A stretch of 64,000 nt of DNA from Octopus vulgaris (GCA_951406725.2 OX597822.1:71920001-71984000), one strand, 5' to 3'; positions 13,671 through 28,467 are shown, counted from the stretch's first letter. Translations and numbers: made by a program. The notes: generated by a model from the sequence alone, not told the origin.

Positions 13671-13730
<60 letters not shown>

Positions 13731-14448
13731 TACATATATATGTGTGAGAGCGTAGATAGCCTCGAACTTGGGTTGAAAACTACACCGGAAATACTCCAAT
13801 TTTCGATTTTTTACCGCCTTGCAGAACAGCTGAATAGATGTGTATGTATGTGCGCACGCGCGCGTATGTGTGCGTGTATAAATAGGTAGATAGATACATA
13901 AACAGACAGACAGACAGACGGACGGACGGACGGACAAACAGACAGACAGACAGATAGATAGATAGATAGATATACAAACAGACAGACAGATAAATAGACA
14001 GGCAGGCAGGCAGACAGATAGACGGACAGACAGACAGATAGATTGGTTCGTGATATGGCAAAGGGCGCATATTGGGACAGGATACTATCCGTTATATTGA
14101 TTCCAAATAATTGCCTCGTTCTTGTTTTATCGACCCTGGAAGATTGGAACACATAGTCAAACTTGACAATATTCAAATACATGGTGAAGTTAAAATCGCA
14201 AAATAGTTGGTTCAGCATATCACCAATTCTGCCGGTTCAGCGCCCTCGTAAATAAAAGTGTGATTAAATCCATACTAGTGAGAGAAATACTTCTGCTTCA
14301 AATCTACCGAGGATTGTTACTGGTAGCTTTCTATTTGAACTTAGAATAGACTGAGGATGGAAACGTAATAGAGAGGGAAGGCGTATGCGTGTTTCATTTG
14401 TATGGAAGGCACTTACGCGTCTAGAAGTACCTGTGTGTGTGTGTGTGT

Positions 14449-14535
<87 letters not shown>

Positions 14536-14734
14536 ATGAGACTACAAATGAGATGAAGAATTTTCCCGTTTTTCAATTTGAAGCATGAGTAGATTTGTAA
14601 AGATACACCTTGGGATATATCCATTGTCAATCCATCCGTTGAATATTGACTATTAATGTTGACCAGGAACTCTCTTTGAAAGATATTTTTATTGTGTGTG
14701 TGTGTACTGCGTGTGTGTGTGTACTGCGTGCGTG

Positions 14735-14780
<46 letters not shown>

Positions 14781-15085
14781 CGACTTTACATTCACACTTG
14801 TGCCAAGTGAAAAACTAATGGTTTTGCTTTTGAAAATACGTATATACGTAAATGCGTGCTCGCATGCGCCTGCATACATATAGACCTTCACACACAATTA
14901 AATGTATATACACACACACACACATATATATGCACGTGTGTATGTATGTATTATGTATGTATGAATGAATATACATGACGTCAATAACTGACTTAAAGGC
15001 GTAGATGACCGTTAAAAATTAGGTTTGATTGTTTTCCATTATTACTTTGCCAAACTAACTGAGTATAGATCCGCAACTGACATTT

Positions 15086-15164
<79 letters not shown>

Positions 15165-15802
15165 TGTGTGTGTTTGTGTGTGTGTGTATGTGTGTGTGTG
15201 TGTATCGGTGACCTACTTCCTGGCACCGCCAAACACATTAACTTCAATGCAGAACATACAATCATCCATTCTTCCGTAACGTTCCTCACTCAAGCGTCGT
15301 CCACCTACAACCTATATGTCACGTACATTTGATTCAATGAACAATGTCCTGGAACACATTTTTACAATGTGTCTTGCTCTTCTTGTCTCCTTCAAAATGG
15401 CACAAAAACATCTATAAATTGTTCAAATCAAAATAACAATTTCATGCCCCTTCTCTTAAAACAACACATTACGATAACCTTGAAGCGAGGCCTCAACATC
15501 AGTATGATCTCTCCAGGCGAATGCATATCTTCAAATTATCACTATCGTTATTATCCCCTGGACCAGCGCTTGATTAAACCATTAAGCAAAATAAGCACGT
15601 GCTTAGGGCATCAAATAAAATGGGGGCACCACAGAAATAGCAAATGGTTTACGACACAAATGCAAGTAATATAAACTTGATAAAATAATATTCGAGATGT
15701 CTTATCTCTACTTAGTATAGAAGCAGATGTGTTACATAAGATTAATCTGAAAGATGTGATCAAAGACTTTACAATTAAAGAAAAAGTAGGAAAAATTTTT
15801 CA

Positions 15803-16206
15803 GGCGCAGGAGCGGCTATGTGGTAAGTAGCTTGCTTACCAAGCACATGGTTTCGGGTTCATTCCCACTGCGTGGCACCTTGGGCAAGTGTCTTCTGCTA
15901 TAGCCTCGGGCCGACCAAAACCTTGTGAGTGGATTTGGTAGACGGAAACTGAAAGAAGCCGGTGGTATAGATGTATATATATATGTGTGTGTGTGTGTGT
16001 GTCTATGTTTGTCTACCCCAACATCGCTTGACAACCGATGCTGGTGTGTTTAGGTTCCCGTAACTTAGCAGTTCGGCAAAAGAGACTGATAGAATAAGTA
16101 CTGGGCTTACAAAGAATAAGTCCTGGGGTCGATTTGCTCGACTAAAGGCGGTGCTCCAGCATGGCCACAGTCAACTGACTGAAACAAGTAAAAGAGTAAA
16201 AGAGTA
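15803..16206 (+). mobile_element. SINE family A, full length, nested in hAT
   Basis: Same structure as 11343-11757. The empty site is visible in the duplicated arm (TTTTCAAATATAAT near 16498). Confidence 0.9.
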
Positions 16207-16624
16207 AATATGATAAAGTGGAAGTATACAAAAATAAACATTATTTTCCTTCTTGCTGTGAATTTTGTTTCATTTTGAAGAATAAAAAATATTTTATGGT
16301 TCATTATTTGTTTATATTCTGAATTACATATATATGGGGGTACCAAAGTCTTTTAAGTGCTTAGGGCCTCTATGGGTCTTAATCCAGCCTTGGCAAAGCC
16401 ATGTTAGATAACTTAGGCATACAAAGTAGTTGTGTTCTGTAAAATTGATTCTGAGGATCTAATAAAAGACTTCACAATTAAAGAAGCAGAAGAAAAGTTT
16501 TCAAATATAATAAGGTGGAAGTATATGAAAATAAATATTATTTTCCATCTTACTGTTAGTTTTGTTTCATTTAGAAAAAAATAAAAATTTATTTTATGGT
16601 TTATTGTTATTTATTATTGTTTAT

Positions 16625-17139
16625 TGTGGAGGCGCAATGGCCCAGTGGTAGGGCGGCGAACTTGCGGTCGTAGGATCGCGGTTTCGATTTCCAGACCGGG
16701 CATTCTGAATGTTTATTGAGCGAAAGCACCTAAAGCTCCACGAGGCTCCGGCAGGGAGTGGTGGCGATCCCTGCTGTACTCTTTCGCCACAATTTTCTCC
16801 CGCTCTTTCTTCATATTTCTGTTGCACCTGTATTTCAAAGGGCCAGCCTTGTCACACTCTGTGTCACGCTGAATCTCCCCGAGAACTACGTTAAGGGTAC
16901 ACGTGTCTGTGGAGTGCTCAGCCACTTGCACGTTAATAAAAGAGCTGCGACGTCACTGGTGCCAAGCTGCATCGGCCTTTGCCTTTCCCTTGGATAACAT
17001 CGGTGGCGTGGAGAGGGGAGGCTGGTATGCGTGGGCGACTGCTTGTCTTCCATAAACAACCTTGCCCAGACTTGTGCCTCGGAGGGTGGCTTTCTAAGTG
17101 CAATCCCATGGTCATTCATGACCGAAGGGGGTCACACAA
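16625..17139 (+). mobile_element. Composite tRNA-derived SINE (family C head/body plus family B tail) with 13-bp TSD
   Basis: Box A TGGCCCAGTGG, box B GGTTTCGATTTCC. TSD TATTATTGTTTAT at 16612-16624 and 17140-17152. Confidence 0.9.
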
Positions 17140-17339
17140 TATTATTGTTTATATTTTGTATTGCTAATTTATGGCGGCACCAAAATCCTTTAATTGCTTA
17201 GGGCTTTTACGGGTCTTGATCCGGTCTTGTCCTGGACATTACTGGTTTCCATGACATATAAGTTACATATAGATAACCGAGATCACAACACACACTCTCT
17301 CTTTCTCTCTCTGAACGATGTGCCAGACCGTCGCAGGGT

Positions 17340-17820
17340 TACACATTTACAGCCGAGTGGACTGGAATAACGTTAAATGAAGTGTTTGCTCAAGAACACA
17401 ACACACCTGAGGTTAGGCTGGCGCTCCTTCGGTTACAACAATAAGGGTTCCAGTTGGTCTGATCAACGGAACAGCCTGCTCGTGAAATTTACGTGCAAGT
17501 GGCTGAGTTCTCTACGGGCACGCGTACCCATAACGTAATTCTCTGGGAGATTGAGCGTGACATGGAATGTGACAAGGCTGGCCCTTTGAAATACAGGTAC
17601 TACTCATTTTTGTTTTTACCCAGCTGAGAGGACTGGAGCAACAGGAGATAAAGGGTCTTACTCAAGGACACAATGCGTCGCAGGTAATCGAACTCACAAT
17701 ATTACGATCGTGAGCCAAACCCTTTAATCATTTATCCACGCACCATCCGATTCGGGAATCGAAACTCCGTTCCTGCGATCGGGAATGCAACACCATAACC
17801 ACTAAGCTGCGCACTTTCAC
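17340..17820 (-). mobile_element. Cluster of decayed family B/C SINE fragments
   Basis: Reverse-complement matches to CORE-like and family C body segments. Confidence 0.7.
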
Positions 17821-18330
17821 TTCAAAAATGTCCACCTTCAACAAAGTTGCATCACAAAACACTCAGCTTTCTTTTCAGAACCAGAAAATACTTCAGCTCC
17901 CAACAACAACTACTGGCTTTTTTTTTTTTTATAAATTTCAAGCTAAAGAATATTTACTTAATATCTCAATAGTTAAAATAACACTCACTAGTCATAACAA
18001 TCGTTCGTTCGGCAGCAAAAATGTCTGTTATCAAAGCCTTAGTTGAGAATTGTGGACTTACACATATATCCACGCGAATTGTGAACTTTCACACATGTCC
18101 ACCAAATTTATTCGTCTCCCTTCTTCTTCTCACCCGACAGTCTGGTCCTTCTTACAGAGAACGTTAAATTGAGTTGGAAATATAATATGCGAAATACATG
18201 TTCCCCATATTTATATACGTCCATCGTCTAAAAATTGAGGAAATTTCGATTCATCAGGAAACCTTATACTGTACCAAAATCAAGAGGTTTGTTGTTCATC
18301 TCGTTAGTCCACTCATTTCTTTTCATAATA

Positions 18331-18539
18331 CAGTAATCTCTCGACTATCGCGGGTGTTACGTTCCAAAAAAACCCGCAATAGGTGAAAATCCACGAAGTA
18401 GAAACTGTACTGTTCTGTATATTTTTTTTATTATTTTTATAATTTGTATATATGTGTTTTATCATAAATGCAAAACAAAACCACGAAGAAATCGACGTAA
18501 GGTTTAAATAATAAACCGCGATATGGCGAGGGATTATTG
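18331..18539. mobile_element. pogo/Tigger-like MITE
   Basis: TA|CAGTAATCTCTCG ... CGAGGGATTATTG|TA: TA TSD and CAGT termini. Confidence 0.8.
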
Positions 18540-18544
18540 TATTC

Positions 18545-19250
18545 CTTTCTACTATAAGTTACAAGCCTAAAATTTTGTGGGAAAAGGTAGTCAATTACAC
18601 CGACCCCAGTGCGCAAGTGGGACTTATTTTATCGACACCGAAAGGATAAAAGGCAGAGTCGACCTCGACGGAATTTGAACTCAGAACGTAAATACAAACG
18701 CGATGCCGCTTAGCATTTTGCCCGGTGTGCTAGCGATTCGGCCAGCTCACCGCTTTCCCTCTTCATAATATTGGTTTCAAATTTTGGTGTGAGACCAGCA
18801 TGCTCAGGAGAAAGGGCTTAGTCGGTTACATCGACTCCAGTGTTCAACTGGTACTTATTTTATCGACCCAGAAAGGTTGAAATGCAAAGTCAACCAGGGT
18901 TGAAATTGAACTCAGAATGTAAAGACGGACGAAACGCGGCCAAGCATCTTGCCCGGCGTGCTAACGATTCGGCCAGCTTGCCGCTTTTCCACTTCATAAT
19001 ATCAATTATTGTTTAAAGGTGGCAAGATGGCAGAATTATTATCCTACGAGGCAACATGCTTCGTAGCATTTCGCCCGTCTTTACGTTCTGGGTTCAAATT
19101 CCGCCGAGATCAACTTTGCCTTTCATTCTTTCAGGGTTGTTAAAATAAGTACCAGTCGATTACTGGGATGGCGGGGGGGGGGGTTTTCGATGTAATTGAC
19201 TCCCCCCCACCCTCCGATATGACTGACCTAGTGCCAAAAATTTGAAACCA
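18545..19250. mobile_element. Cluster of three family D SINEs (two minus, one plus)
   Basis: Shared core GAGTTCAAATTCCGCCGAGGTCGACTTTGCCTTTCATCCTTTCGGGGTCGATAAAATAAGTACCAG, which from recall resembles the Meta-type SINE central domain. Confidence 0.8.
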
Positions 19251-19616
19251 GTAGATTCTACGGCTTCTACGGCCTCTGGATCATTCATTCAACAGATTTC
19301 ATCGTACCGTGACTTGGCTACAACATCATATCTCATCGACAGACGATAACATGATGACAATTTTGGCAACCTCTTATGATGTGGGTTATATATTCGGTGT
19401 TCACTCCACAAGGTCTGCAGAGGTTAACACATTTGGCATTTTTCCTGCACCTTTGTCCTTTTTGCGCATCAGGAATTTGGTTGCTATTTCCTGTTCCTGG
19501 ATTACAAATGCATACCCTTCAAAGTGAATCAATGATCAGGTTGGTGGCCCACAATAGACTGCTTTGATTATCAATGTTGCTGTTATTTTGGGGCTTTGTG
19601 CTAACATGTCCTATAC

Positions 19617-20705
19617 ATGTATACAAGTACTGGGAAATTGTTCAATCTCTCGCGTCTGCGTGCCAAGACCAAAATCAGAAGCGTCCTGATCAAGGAGATG
19701 CTATTTGCTGATGGTGCCACTCTGGTATCACACACAGAAGAAGCCCTACAAAGGCTCATCAACTGTTTTGAGCAAACATGTGGCAACTTTGGCTTAGTTA
19801 TCAGCCTCAAGAAGACCAACATCATGGGTCAGGCTACATCGGACATCCCAAACATACATATTGGAGACCACAGACTACAGGAGGTGGAGACATTTACCTA
19901 TCTTGGCTCTACTGTCACCTACAACCTATCCCTTTATGCTGAGCTCAATATACGCATTGGCAAGGCAGCTGCTATGATTGCCCAACTCTCCAAACGGGCA
20001 TGGGACAACAATAAGCTGACCAAGACCACAAAAATGAAGATTTACCAGGCATGTGTACTTAGCACTCTGCTGTATGGAAGTGAAACTTGGACGCCATACT
20101 TCGCCTAAATACCTTTCACCCGCGCCGCCTCCGGAAAATCCTTCGCATTAAATGGCAGAATCATGTCCCCAACAAAGATGTCCTCAAGCAAGCAGGAATA
20201 CCAAGCATGCTTGCACTCCTCACACAAAGACGTATGAGATGGCTTGGACATGTTAGCCATATGGAAGATGGCAGAATCCCCAAGGACATACTCAACGGGA
20301 GCTTGTTATGGGCACTAGGTCTGTGGGAAGACCGTTCTTACGATACAAGGACGTTTGCAAAAGTGACATGAATGCCTGCAACATCAATATTACCAACTGG
20401 GAAGCAGTTGCCAGCAACCGTGGAGATTGGCGACGTACCGTAAAAGAGGGAACACAAAGAAGTGACATAGAGAGAGAGGAGAAATGGAAAGACGAGAAAA
20501 GACGTCAACAAGAAGCTATGACATTACAACCAGCTAGGCAAAGTCTTCGCTACATTTGCGGCACCTGCCAGAGGGAGTGTTCGTCCAGGATAGGACTACA
20601 CAGCCACAGCAGGAGATGTATTAGGACGCGAAATGTAAAAGTTGGACTAGATTATTTTATGCGCAACTCCATTGTCTCCCGAGACAAAAAGGATGCCAAC
20701 AACAA
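19617..20705 (+). mobile_element. 5'-truncated RTE-clade LINE (RT C-terminal half, frameshifted, 3' zinc finger)
   Basis: GKLFNLSRLRAKTK..EMLFADG (catalytic DD mutated), FTYLGS, LLYGSETW, RRMRWLGHV, and C-terminal C..C...C.SRIGLHSH.RRC. (AAC)n tail at about 20698. Confidence 0.92.
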
Positions 20706-20982
20706 TATATTTGGATTTCGTAGAGAGGAACTGAAACAAATCAATCGTATATATATATATGTATGTATATATGTAAGTGTATGTGTGTGTCTTTGTCTTT
20801 GTGTTTCACCCTCATCACTGCTGTTCATTTATTTACATCCACATAACTTATTGGTTTCACAAGAACAAACTAATAGAATAAGTACTAGGCTTATCAACAT
20901 AAAAAGGCACTATTCAGTGTCTCATACTTTTGTTTGCCCACTCAGTTGTATCTATCAGTTTATCTTTGTATGTGTGTGTGTA

Positions 20983-21048
<66 letters not shown>

Positions 21049-21052
21049 ACTT

Positions 21053-21082
<30 letters not shown>

Positions 21083-21145
<63 letters not shown>

Positions 21146-22450
21146 CACTCTAATGGGAGCCTTAACTCCCAAATCTTAGTCATTTCTTTTATGATCCAAA
21201 CTAGGTCAAAAGTACTTTATGAAATTTGGAAATTATATTCTATGCATAAGGGCCATAACCCCCATGACAATTCATATATTTTTGCTGTTGATGAAATTTT
21301 AGCCATAGATATGAGACACAAATAAAGTAATATTTATAAAATTTCATCTTCTTACAAAGAGAGAAAGACCCCTCCATGGGGACTTAACACGCACAATTTT
21401 GTCATTTTATCTAAGCAAAAACGAATACAGTTGTGCTCTTGGAAGCTGTAGGGTTACCCGAGCATAAAAGTTGGGCAGTATTTCTAATTCAGTGGTACAA
21501 CAGTGTAACAGTTTGCTTTGACATACACTTACATTGTGATTTCTGCAATGTGTTGCATAAATTGTCAAGTAAATGAGAGGCATCTTTGCCTCCACTGATT
21601 CAGTTGCAAAGTGTTGAGTAAATTTATTTGATTGCAGACTTCCTTTCAGTCGTTTTATTATCACTCGGTCACACATAGTCCCCAGATGGTAACATTGATT
21701 TCAAGGCCTTTCCAGATGAGTGACTGGTTATTCAAAGACATTTATAGATTTTAAATTTATTCTGTCCAGTTACGTATCAGCATAGTGGTCATCTGCAAAC
21801 TCCAGAGTTGTCACTTTAATTTCTCCTTAGCCCTCACGTCACACAGTTGTTAATGTTGATTTCAGTTGGGTCACGCCCTTCCAATTGCTATAGATTCGTA
21901 ATGCATTTTACGGCTATGCCTGTCACCTGGATGGTAAGGAATCCTACATTGGGAGTAGTAACGACTAGGGTAGGGTAACTGACTGCTTATTGTGATCATT
22001 CGTCTTTTGGTTTCCTGTAGCTTTGCTCTCTTTTACAACCCCAGTGAACATATATTTCCTATTTCAAAGAAATTCAAACAATAGATATAAGACCCAAGTT
22101 AAAAAATTTTCAACAATTCAACTACTCTGGTTGACATTAAGATGCCCACCTCCAATAAGGGCCTTAACTCTCACATTTTAGAGCTCCATGACCTTCATTT
22201 TTCTGGGGAAAAATCTTTTTAACAGGTTCAATAAGACTGGAATTTTGGAATATGCGCATAAAAATCAGTAGTATGGGATACATGTAGCACGATTACAATT
22301 TTTTTAGGGTGTGTAAAGAGGGAAATAACCCTCATCTGCAATTTTGATGAAATTCCAAACATAGATATTCCAGTTCATTACAGAAGATATAACAGAAAAG
22401 TGTAATTCTTCAATTGAATGTAACCGGGCAACGCCGGGTATCTCTGCTGG
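21083..22450 (+). mobile_element. Non-autonomous Helitron (3' end clear, 5' end inferred)
   Basis: Subterminal hairpin ACCGGGCAACGCCGGGT (22423-22439), then CTGG|T (CTRR). The TC start is inferred within the (TC)n(TA)n run. Confidence 0.55.
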
Positions 22451-23293
22451 TATGTAATAAATTATATGTTATACACATTTTTGTGTTCTTTTATGCACAT
22501 GATCTCCCGGTCCATGGAAGAAGTCTTGCTTGAAACCGGATTGCAGAGCAAAAATTGTCTGGGGAACACTGATCTAAATGAGGTCCGGATTCACCAGCTA
22601 ATAGGAAATTGCAAAAACTTGCATTCAACACCGTCTTCGAAGCTGGTAAAGGCAGAATAAAAGGACAGTGACATGAAATTGGACTTTGGGGGTAGTTTAT
22701 AAATATGCTGGCGATGACGAAACGACGATTGCAGCATAGAAAACGGGAGCTGTTTAAAGGCGTCACGCTGTATAATACAGAAACCAAAAGGAGCTTCTAA
22801 TCTAACTTTAGGATTGATAACTTTGTAAAATACGATTAGAATCATCGGAAAGACTTGGGATTTAGCTATTAACGAAAGTAATATAGGGGTCAGATAAAAT
22901 GCAATATGTGGCCTCATAAAATAAGTGGTTCGTAAACATCTAAAGAATGGCTTCAAAGGAAGAAATTTTTGTTGATTTTCATCTCATCGCATATTTCTAT
23001 CTGTCCCTTTTCTGTTTTTCCATTTTTCATGCTTCCTTTACTGGCTTATTCTTCGCTCTCCACAGTTATCTCAGTTTATTGCCTATATTTTTTGCTTTAT
23101 CTGTCTTTCTTCTAGTCCTCGCATCGTCTCTCATATCGCTTTTCTTTCTGAGTACATATATATACACATGAAACACACGCGCGTACACACACACACACAC
23201 ACAGTGGTCTCGTTATTAAATAAATATACACATACACACACACACACGCATATGTATGCATGTGCGTTATATATGCATATATATATATATATA

Positions 23294-23351
<58 letters not shown>

Positions 23352-23455
23352 ACACACACATATTCATATGAGTACGTATATGCATATAATGAGTATGAAT
23401 ATATTTGCCTGCGTCTATGCGTTCTATGTGTGCGCGGTTATGTGTGTGTGTATGT

Positions 23456-23502
<47 letters not shown>

Positions 23503-24139
23503 TGTGTGTCTGTGTGTCTGTGTATACATACATACTTATATACATATATTTACATGTAAAATACATGCATTCATATATATGCATAATATATATAGATATT
23601 CAACTAACATATGTACGTGTTTGTACATATATATATATATATATATAGATAGATATAGATATATATTATATGAACACATACACGCTCACACACATAAATA
23701 CATACGCACACACATATGTATATATATATATATATATATACATATATAAACATATAAATATATATACATACTTATACATACCAATACATACAAACCACAC
23801 ACATACTTACACACACACATTTATATACCAAGAGAAGGAGAAAGGGAAAGAGAGAAAGAGAGAGAGAGAAGGAAAGAAACAGCAAGAGTAACCGGTATTG
23901 TATGATTTTTATATAATATACACGTGTTTCAAAAAGCCGACCGCTGATCATTGCATCAGTAGTAGGCTTTATTACGCAACATATTGTAGTTGAGTTACTT
24001 CGTCAGTATCACAATCAAAAATACAATATATGCGTTGAGTGTACTTTCATGGCTTAGCACAGGATTTGCGTGCGTGTGTCCAAGAGTAACAAGTGGCGGC
24101 CATGCGAGAAGGTGTGCTTGTATTTTGTCCTATCTAGAT

Positions 24140-24770
24140 CCTAGGCGGTGAGCTGACAGAATCATTAACACACTGGCCAAAATGCTTTGTGGGCATTTCG
24201 ACCATACAAACCATTCTTAAGTCAACTTCATCTTTCGTCTCTTAAGTCAACTTCATCTTTCGTCTCTCCAGGTTTCACAAAATAATGAACCAGTCAAGTA
24301 CTGAGACTGATGGTCACAGCTAACTCCTTTCCTTAAATCTCAGTTCTTATGCGAGAAATAGTTATTTCCATCGTTTTATTATTGGTGGCTTTTATTCCAG
24401 AGTTTAAATTCCACCGAGATCGACTCTGCTTTTCATTCTTCCGGGGTCGAATAAATAAGTACCAGTTGAGCACTGGGGTCGATGCAGTCGATCATCCTAC
24501 GAAACCGCTGGTCTTGTACAAAAACTTGAAACCAAAATTATGAATTAGTTTAAGGCGGTGAAGTGGCAGAGTCGTTACTGCGCTGGACAAAAAAGGCTTA
24601 CCGGCATTTCGTCCGTCATTCTGTTCTGAGTTGAAATTCCACCGAGATCAGCTTTGGTTTTTATCCTTTCGGGGTCAATAAAATAAGTACCAGGTGAACA
24701 TTGGGGTCGATGTAATCGTCTTAACCCCTTCCCCGAAATGACTGCCATCGTGCCAAAATTTGAAGCCATC
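24140..24770 (+). mobile_element. Cluster of family D SINE copies
   Basis: Three decayed copies with GGCGGTGAGCTGGCAGAATC heads and the Meta-like core. Confidence 0.75.
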
Positions 24771-24944
24771 ATATATCCAGATCTACTGATGGTATTTCAA
24801 ATGGCTGTTTGAATCAGGGCTGTGGAGTCATCTAAAAGCTGACTCCTTCAGAATGCTCTAATATCATTTGATAGGAACACAGTACAAAGAAATACAGAGA
24901 ACAAGGCTGTAACTTTAAATATCTTTAATGTCGGCCTCATACAT

Positions 24945-25077
<133 letters not shown>

Positions 25078-25306
25078 TTGAATGATAAGTGAAAAGAGTT
25101 TGATGCGTGGAGGCCATGATCTTCCCCTGTGCGTTACCTACTGTCTACTAACTGGCGTATGTTTTGAGAAAGCCAACTAGATCATGTCTTCGCTCTCTGA
25201 CGTCCCGATACATTTTTGAATTGCCTTTCAGAAATTCCAAAATAACTTCACTATTTTATCACATGTTTTCTGACTGGGTTTAATCGTGAGTGATTGTATG
25301 TGTGTG

Positions 25307-25433
25307 TGTATCAAGAGTGATACCGGAATGGACATAGCCAATCTGAAAGAAGCGGCCCCGTATAGAACTGACTGGAAGACACTGATCCAACGAGTAACCG
25401 AGAGTCGACTTCGACTGAGCGGATAGATAGATA
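25307..25433 (+). mobile_element. BovB-like RTE 3' end
   Basis: IKSDTGMDIANLKEAAPYRTDWKTLIQRVTESRLRLSG* followed by a (GATA)n tail. Confidence 0.75.
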
Positions 25434-25434
25434 G

Positions 25435-25673
25435 TGTATTTATACCTGGATGTAAGTCTCTGTGAGTCTGTCTATGTATGGATATGTGTGTGCATGTGTG
25501 TGTTTATACCTGGTTGTGAGTCTGTGTATGTCTGCCTATGTATGGATGTGTGTGTATGTGTTTGTTTATACCTGGTTGTGAGTCTCTGTAAGTCTGCATG
25601 TATGAGTGTATGTATTTGTGTGTGTGTTTAGACCTGGTTTTGAGTCTCTGTAAGTCTGCCTACGTATGGATGT

Positions 25674-25675
<2 letters not shown>
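25435..25675. repeat. Diverged ~60-70 bp minisatellite
   Basis: TTTATACCTGGTTGTGAGTCT.TGT recurs four times. Confidence 0.75.
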
Positions 25676-25734
<59 letters not shown>

Positions 25735-25844
25735 TCTTTGTGCTCTTATGTAGGTGGGGACTGGCTTATAGCAATAAACTTGTAAAAACTTTTTTTAAGA
25801 GAAGAAACTTTATTGTAGAAGCTTCACATCGTATTTTTGCGTTA

Positions 25845-26245
25845 CTTCTCTCTCTCTCTCTCTCTCTCTCTCCTTTTCTTTATCCTTATCTCTCTTTCTT
25901 TCCCTTTTCCTCTCCCTTTCTCTCTTTTTCTCTCTTTCCCTCTCCCCCCTCTCTCTATCCTTCTCTCTCTGTCTCTATCCCTCTCCCCTTCTCTCTATCC
26001 CTGTCCCTCTTTCTGTCCGTCTCTCACTCCTTCTCTCTCTTTTTCTCTCTTTCCCTCTCATCCTCTCTCTTCTTTTTCTAGCTCCCCCTCTTCATCCTCT
26101 CCTCCTTTCCCTTTCTTCCGTTTTCTCTCTCTCCTCTTCTCTTCTTTTTCTATCTCCCTTCTCTTCTTCCTCTCTCTCCCTTTCCCTCTCTTCTGTTTTC
26201 TCTCTCTCCCTCCTCCGCTCTCTCTTCACACCCCTCTGTCTGTAT
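25845..26245. repeat. CT-rich polypyrimidine low-complexity tract
   Basis: Directly visible. Confidence 0.9.
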
Positions 26246-27293
26246 TCCTGTAAACTCATTATAAACCTGTAAAATATGTACATGATTATACTTCGCTTAT
26301 TAAACCAAATGGCGGTGAGCTGGTGGTGTCGTTAACACGTAGGACAAAATGCTTAGCAGTATTTCTTCCAGCTCTTCACGTTCTGAGTTCAAATCCCGCC
26401 GAAGTCAACTTTACCTTTCCTTCATTCGGGATCCATAAAATAAAGTACCAGTGCCCCTCCTCTCAAAATACGCTGGCCATAAACCTTACAATAGACCGGC
26501 GTCCTGCGCAGAAGATGTGTTGTGATCTCGGCCACTTATACGCTTTGCGAACGGCGCAAACAAGTTTCTGAGCCCTAGGGATAAAAAAAAAGTAGATAAA
26601 AAACAAAATATACAAAAAATGTTCTAAATGGCCACTGTGTCTAACAAAGATCAAACTAGACTTACGATCTCTGTTTCCAATTTTAAAGCAATTGAGACGC
26701 TGAATCGTGTTGTAGGGAATAAGTAATAACAGTGCACCCACCCACGTGACGAGTGGAATAACATAGTCACTATAAATAGGAGAGTACGTGACAGTACGTG
26801 TTAGACTGTGTTGATAGTCGTGTCTGTGCTGATATAGTAATTATACTGTGGTAGTAAGTGGACGTTATACCGATCCAACCTTTTGAAAATAATAACACTG
26901 AACGACTGGGGGTTGTACAGTGCCAGATAGAACCATTCTATCGGTGACTTCGGAATATAACAATATCTGTCAAAGCGACAACTGTCGTACAAAGACAGAT
27001 ATAACAATGGCAAAGACCGCTTTATAACAAATCGATAACCCATTAAGAAATAAAAACTCTCAATCAATTTGTCGCTTTTGCTGTTTGGTATTTTGAAATA
27101 CTGTTCAACAATATTTACCTTCTCTCGACAGTTTTTAATTAATTAAGAATAACAAGCTTACCAGATTAATTACTCGGAACTTTCCACTTGTACGCTGACG
27201 ATCATCTTGAAGCAAAGGTCTTTGAGCCTGATGATTTCTCCGACTTGGTAGTAGAGTTCGAGTGAGGTTAATGCTTCCAATATTCTTTACACA

Positions 27294-27343
<50 letters not shown>

Positions 27344-28340
27344 TACATACTTCTCCATTTTCTGTTTTCTTTAAATTTTGATTCTTGATAAACTCATGTT
27401 TATCCTTGTCTTTACCTATAATTTATGAACATAATATGTTTGCATACGTATGCCCATGGTTAAATATAGGTAATATACCGGAAGTGTAATGCATACTTCT
27501 ATCCCTTAGACGGTTATTTTAACCTCTAACTCAACTAACTGTTATATAACTACCGAGAAGGTTTATGAGTAGCACGGCAATCTATGTTTCCAATTAACCT
27601 AGGAACAGAAAGCCAAAGTGAGGGCTGGTTATTGTGGAGGTCGTCGCACTTTAATGATCATAGAACATATAAGTTTGCAAGCGATGCAAAGTAGAGCTAC
27701 TTATTATTTGTATTTCTATTCATTTGTACATGTTAAGTAAGATTATATTGAAGATATAGAGTATCATCTAAGTATATAAGAGATAGGGTTAGGGGAAAAT
27801 GTTGAAGAATCCAGACCTGACGATTGGGAGTATGTCGACCCGAGTAAGTATTGAAACTAGATACCTCGAATCTAATCAATACCGACATACTTTCATGAAA
27901 CACGTGTTGTCTTATAAATGGAAAATACAGGATTCAGAATAGGTATAGCTAGTATAAGATTTAATTTTTAACATTTTATGGAGTGGTCGGGTATAAAACC
28001 TTTCAGTGTTGATTGAGTTGAAGGTGGTTCTATCTCTAATATTACTTTTATATATACGAATTAAACATTGAGAGATGTTCATTTTAGTACATCTAATTTG
28101 AATGTCTTTTTCCTGTGCACTTGGAAGTAATATTCCCTAATAATAATAATAATAATAATAATGATAATAATAATAATAATAATAATAATAATTATATATA
28201 TACATATAGTTGAAATTTATACAAAACAAAAGGCGAACACAGGTGTATGAATAACAAGCAAGTGTATTAGTTTGACGCTCGGGAAAAATGAAAAAGTATT
28301 TTACATTTCGAGCCTACTCTCGTATAAGGGAGGTATGTGA

Positions 28341-28383
<43 letters not shown>

Positions 28384-28418
28384 GGAAGTGCCTACACTCG
28401 AATAAGGGAGGTATGTGA

Positions 28419-28467
<49 letters not shown>

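Larger units (their letters stand above)
15564..17229 (+). mobile_element. Non-autonomous hAT (Tip100-like) transposon with duplicated right arm and two nested SINEs
   Basis: Termini CAGCGCTTGATTAA / CTTGATCCGGTCTTG. 8-bp TSD CCCTGGAC (15556-15563) / TCCTGGAC (17230-17237). Transposase C-terminal remnant LSLLSIEADVLHKINLKDVIKDFTIKEK at about 15700-15790. Confidence 0.8.

Noticed and set aside
22560-22960. Possible decayed LINE coding fragment
   Set aside because: Too many stops and no diagnostic motif to classify.
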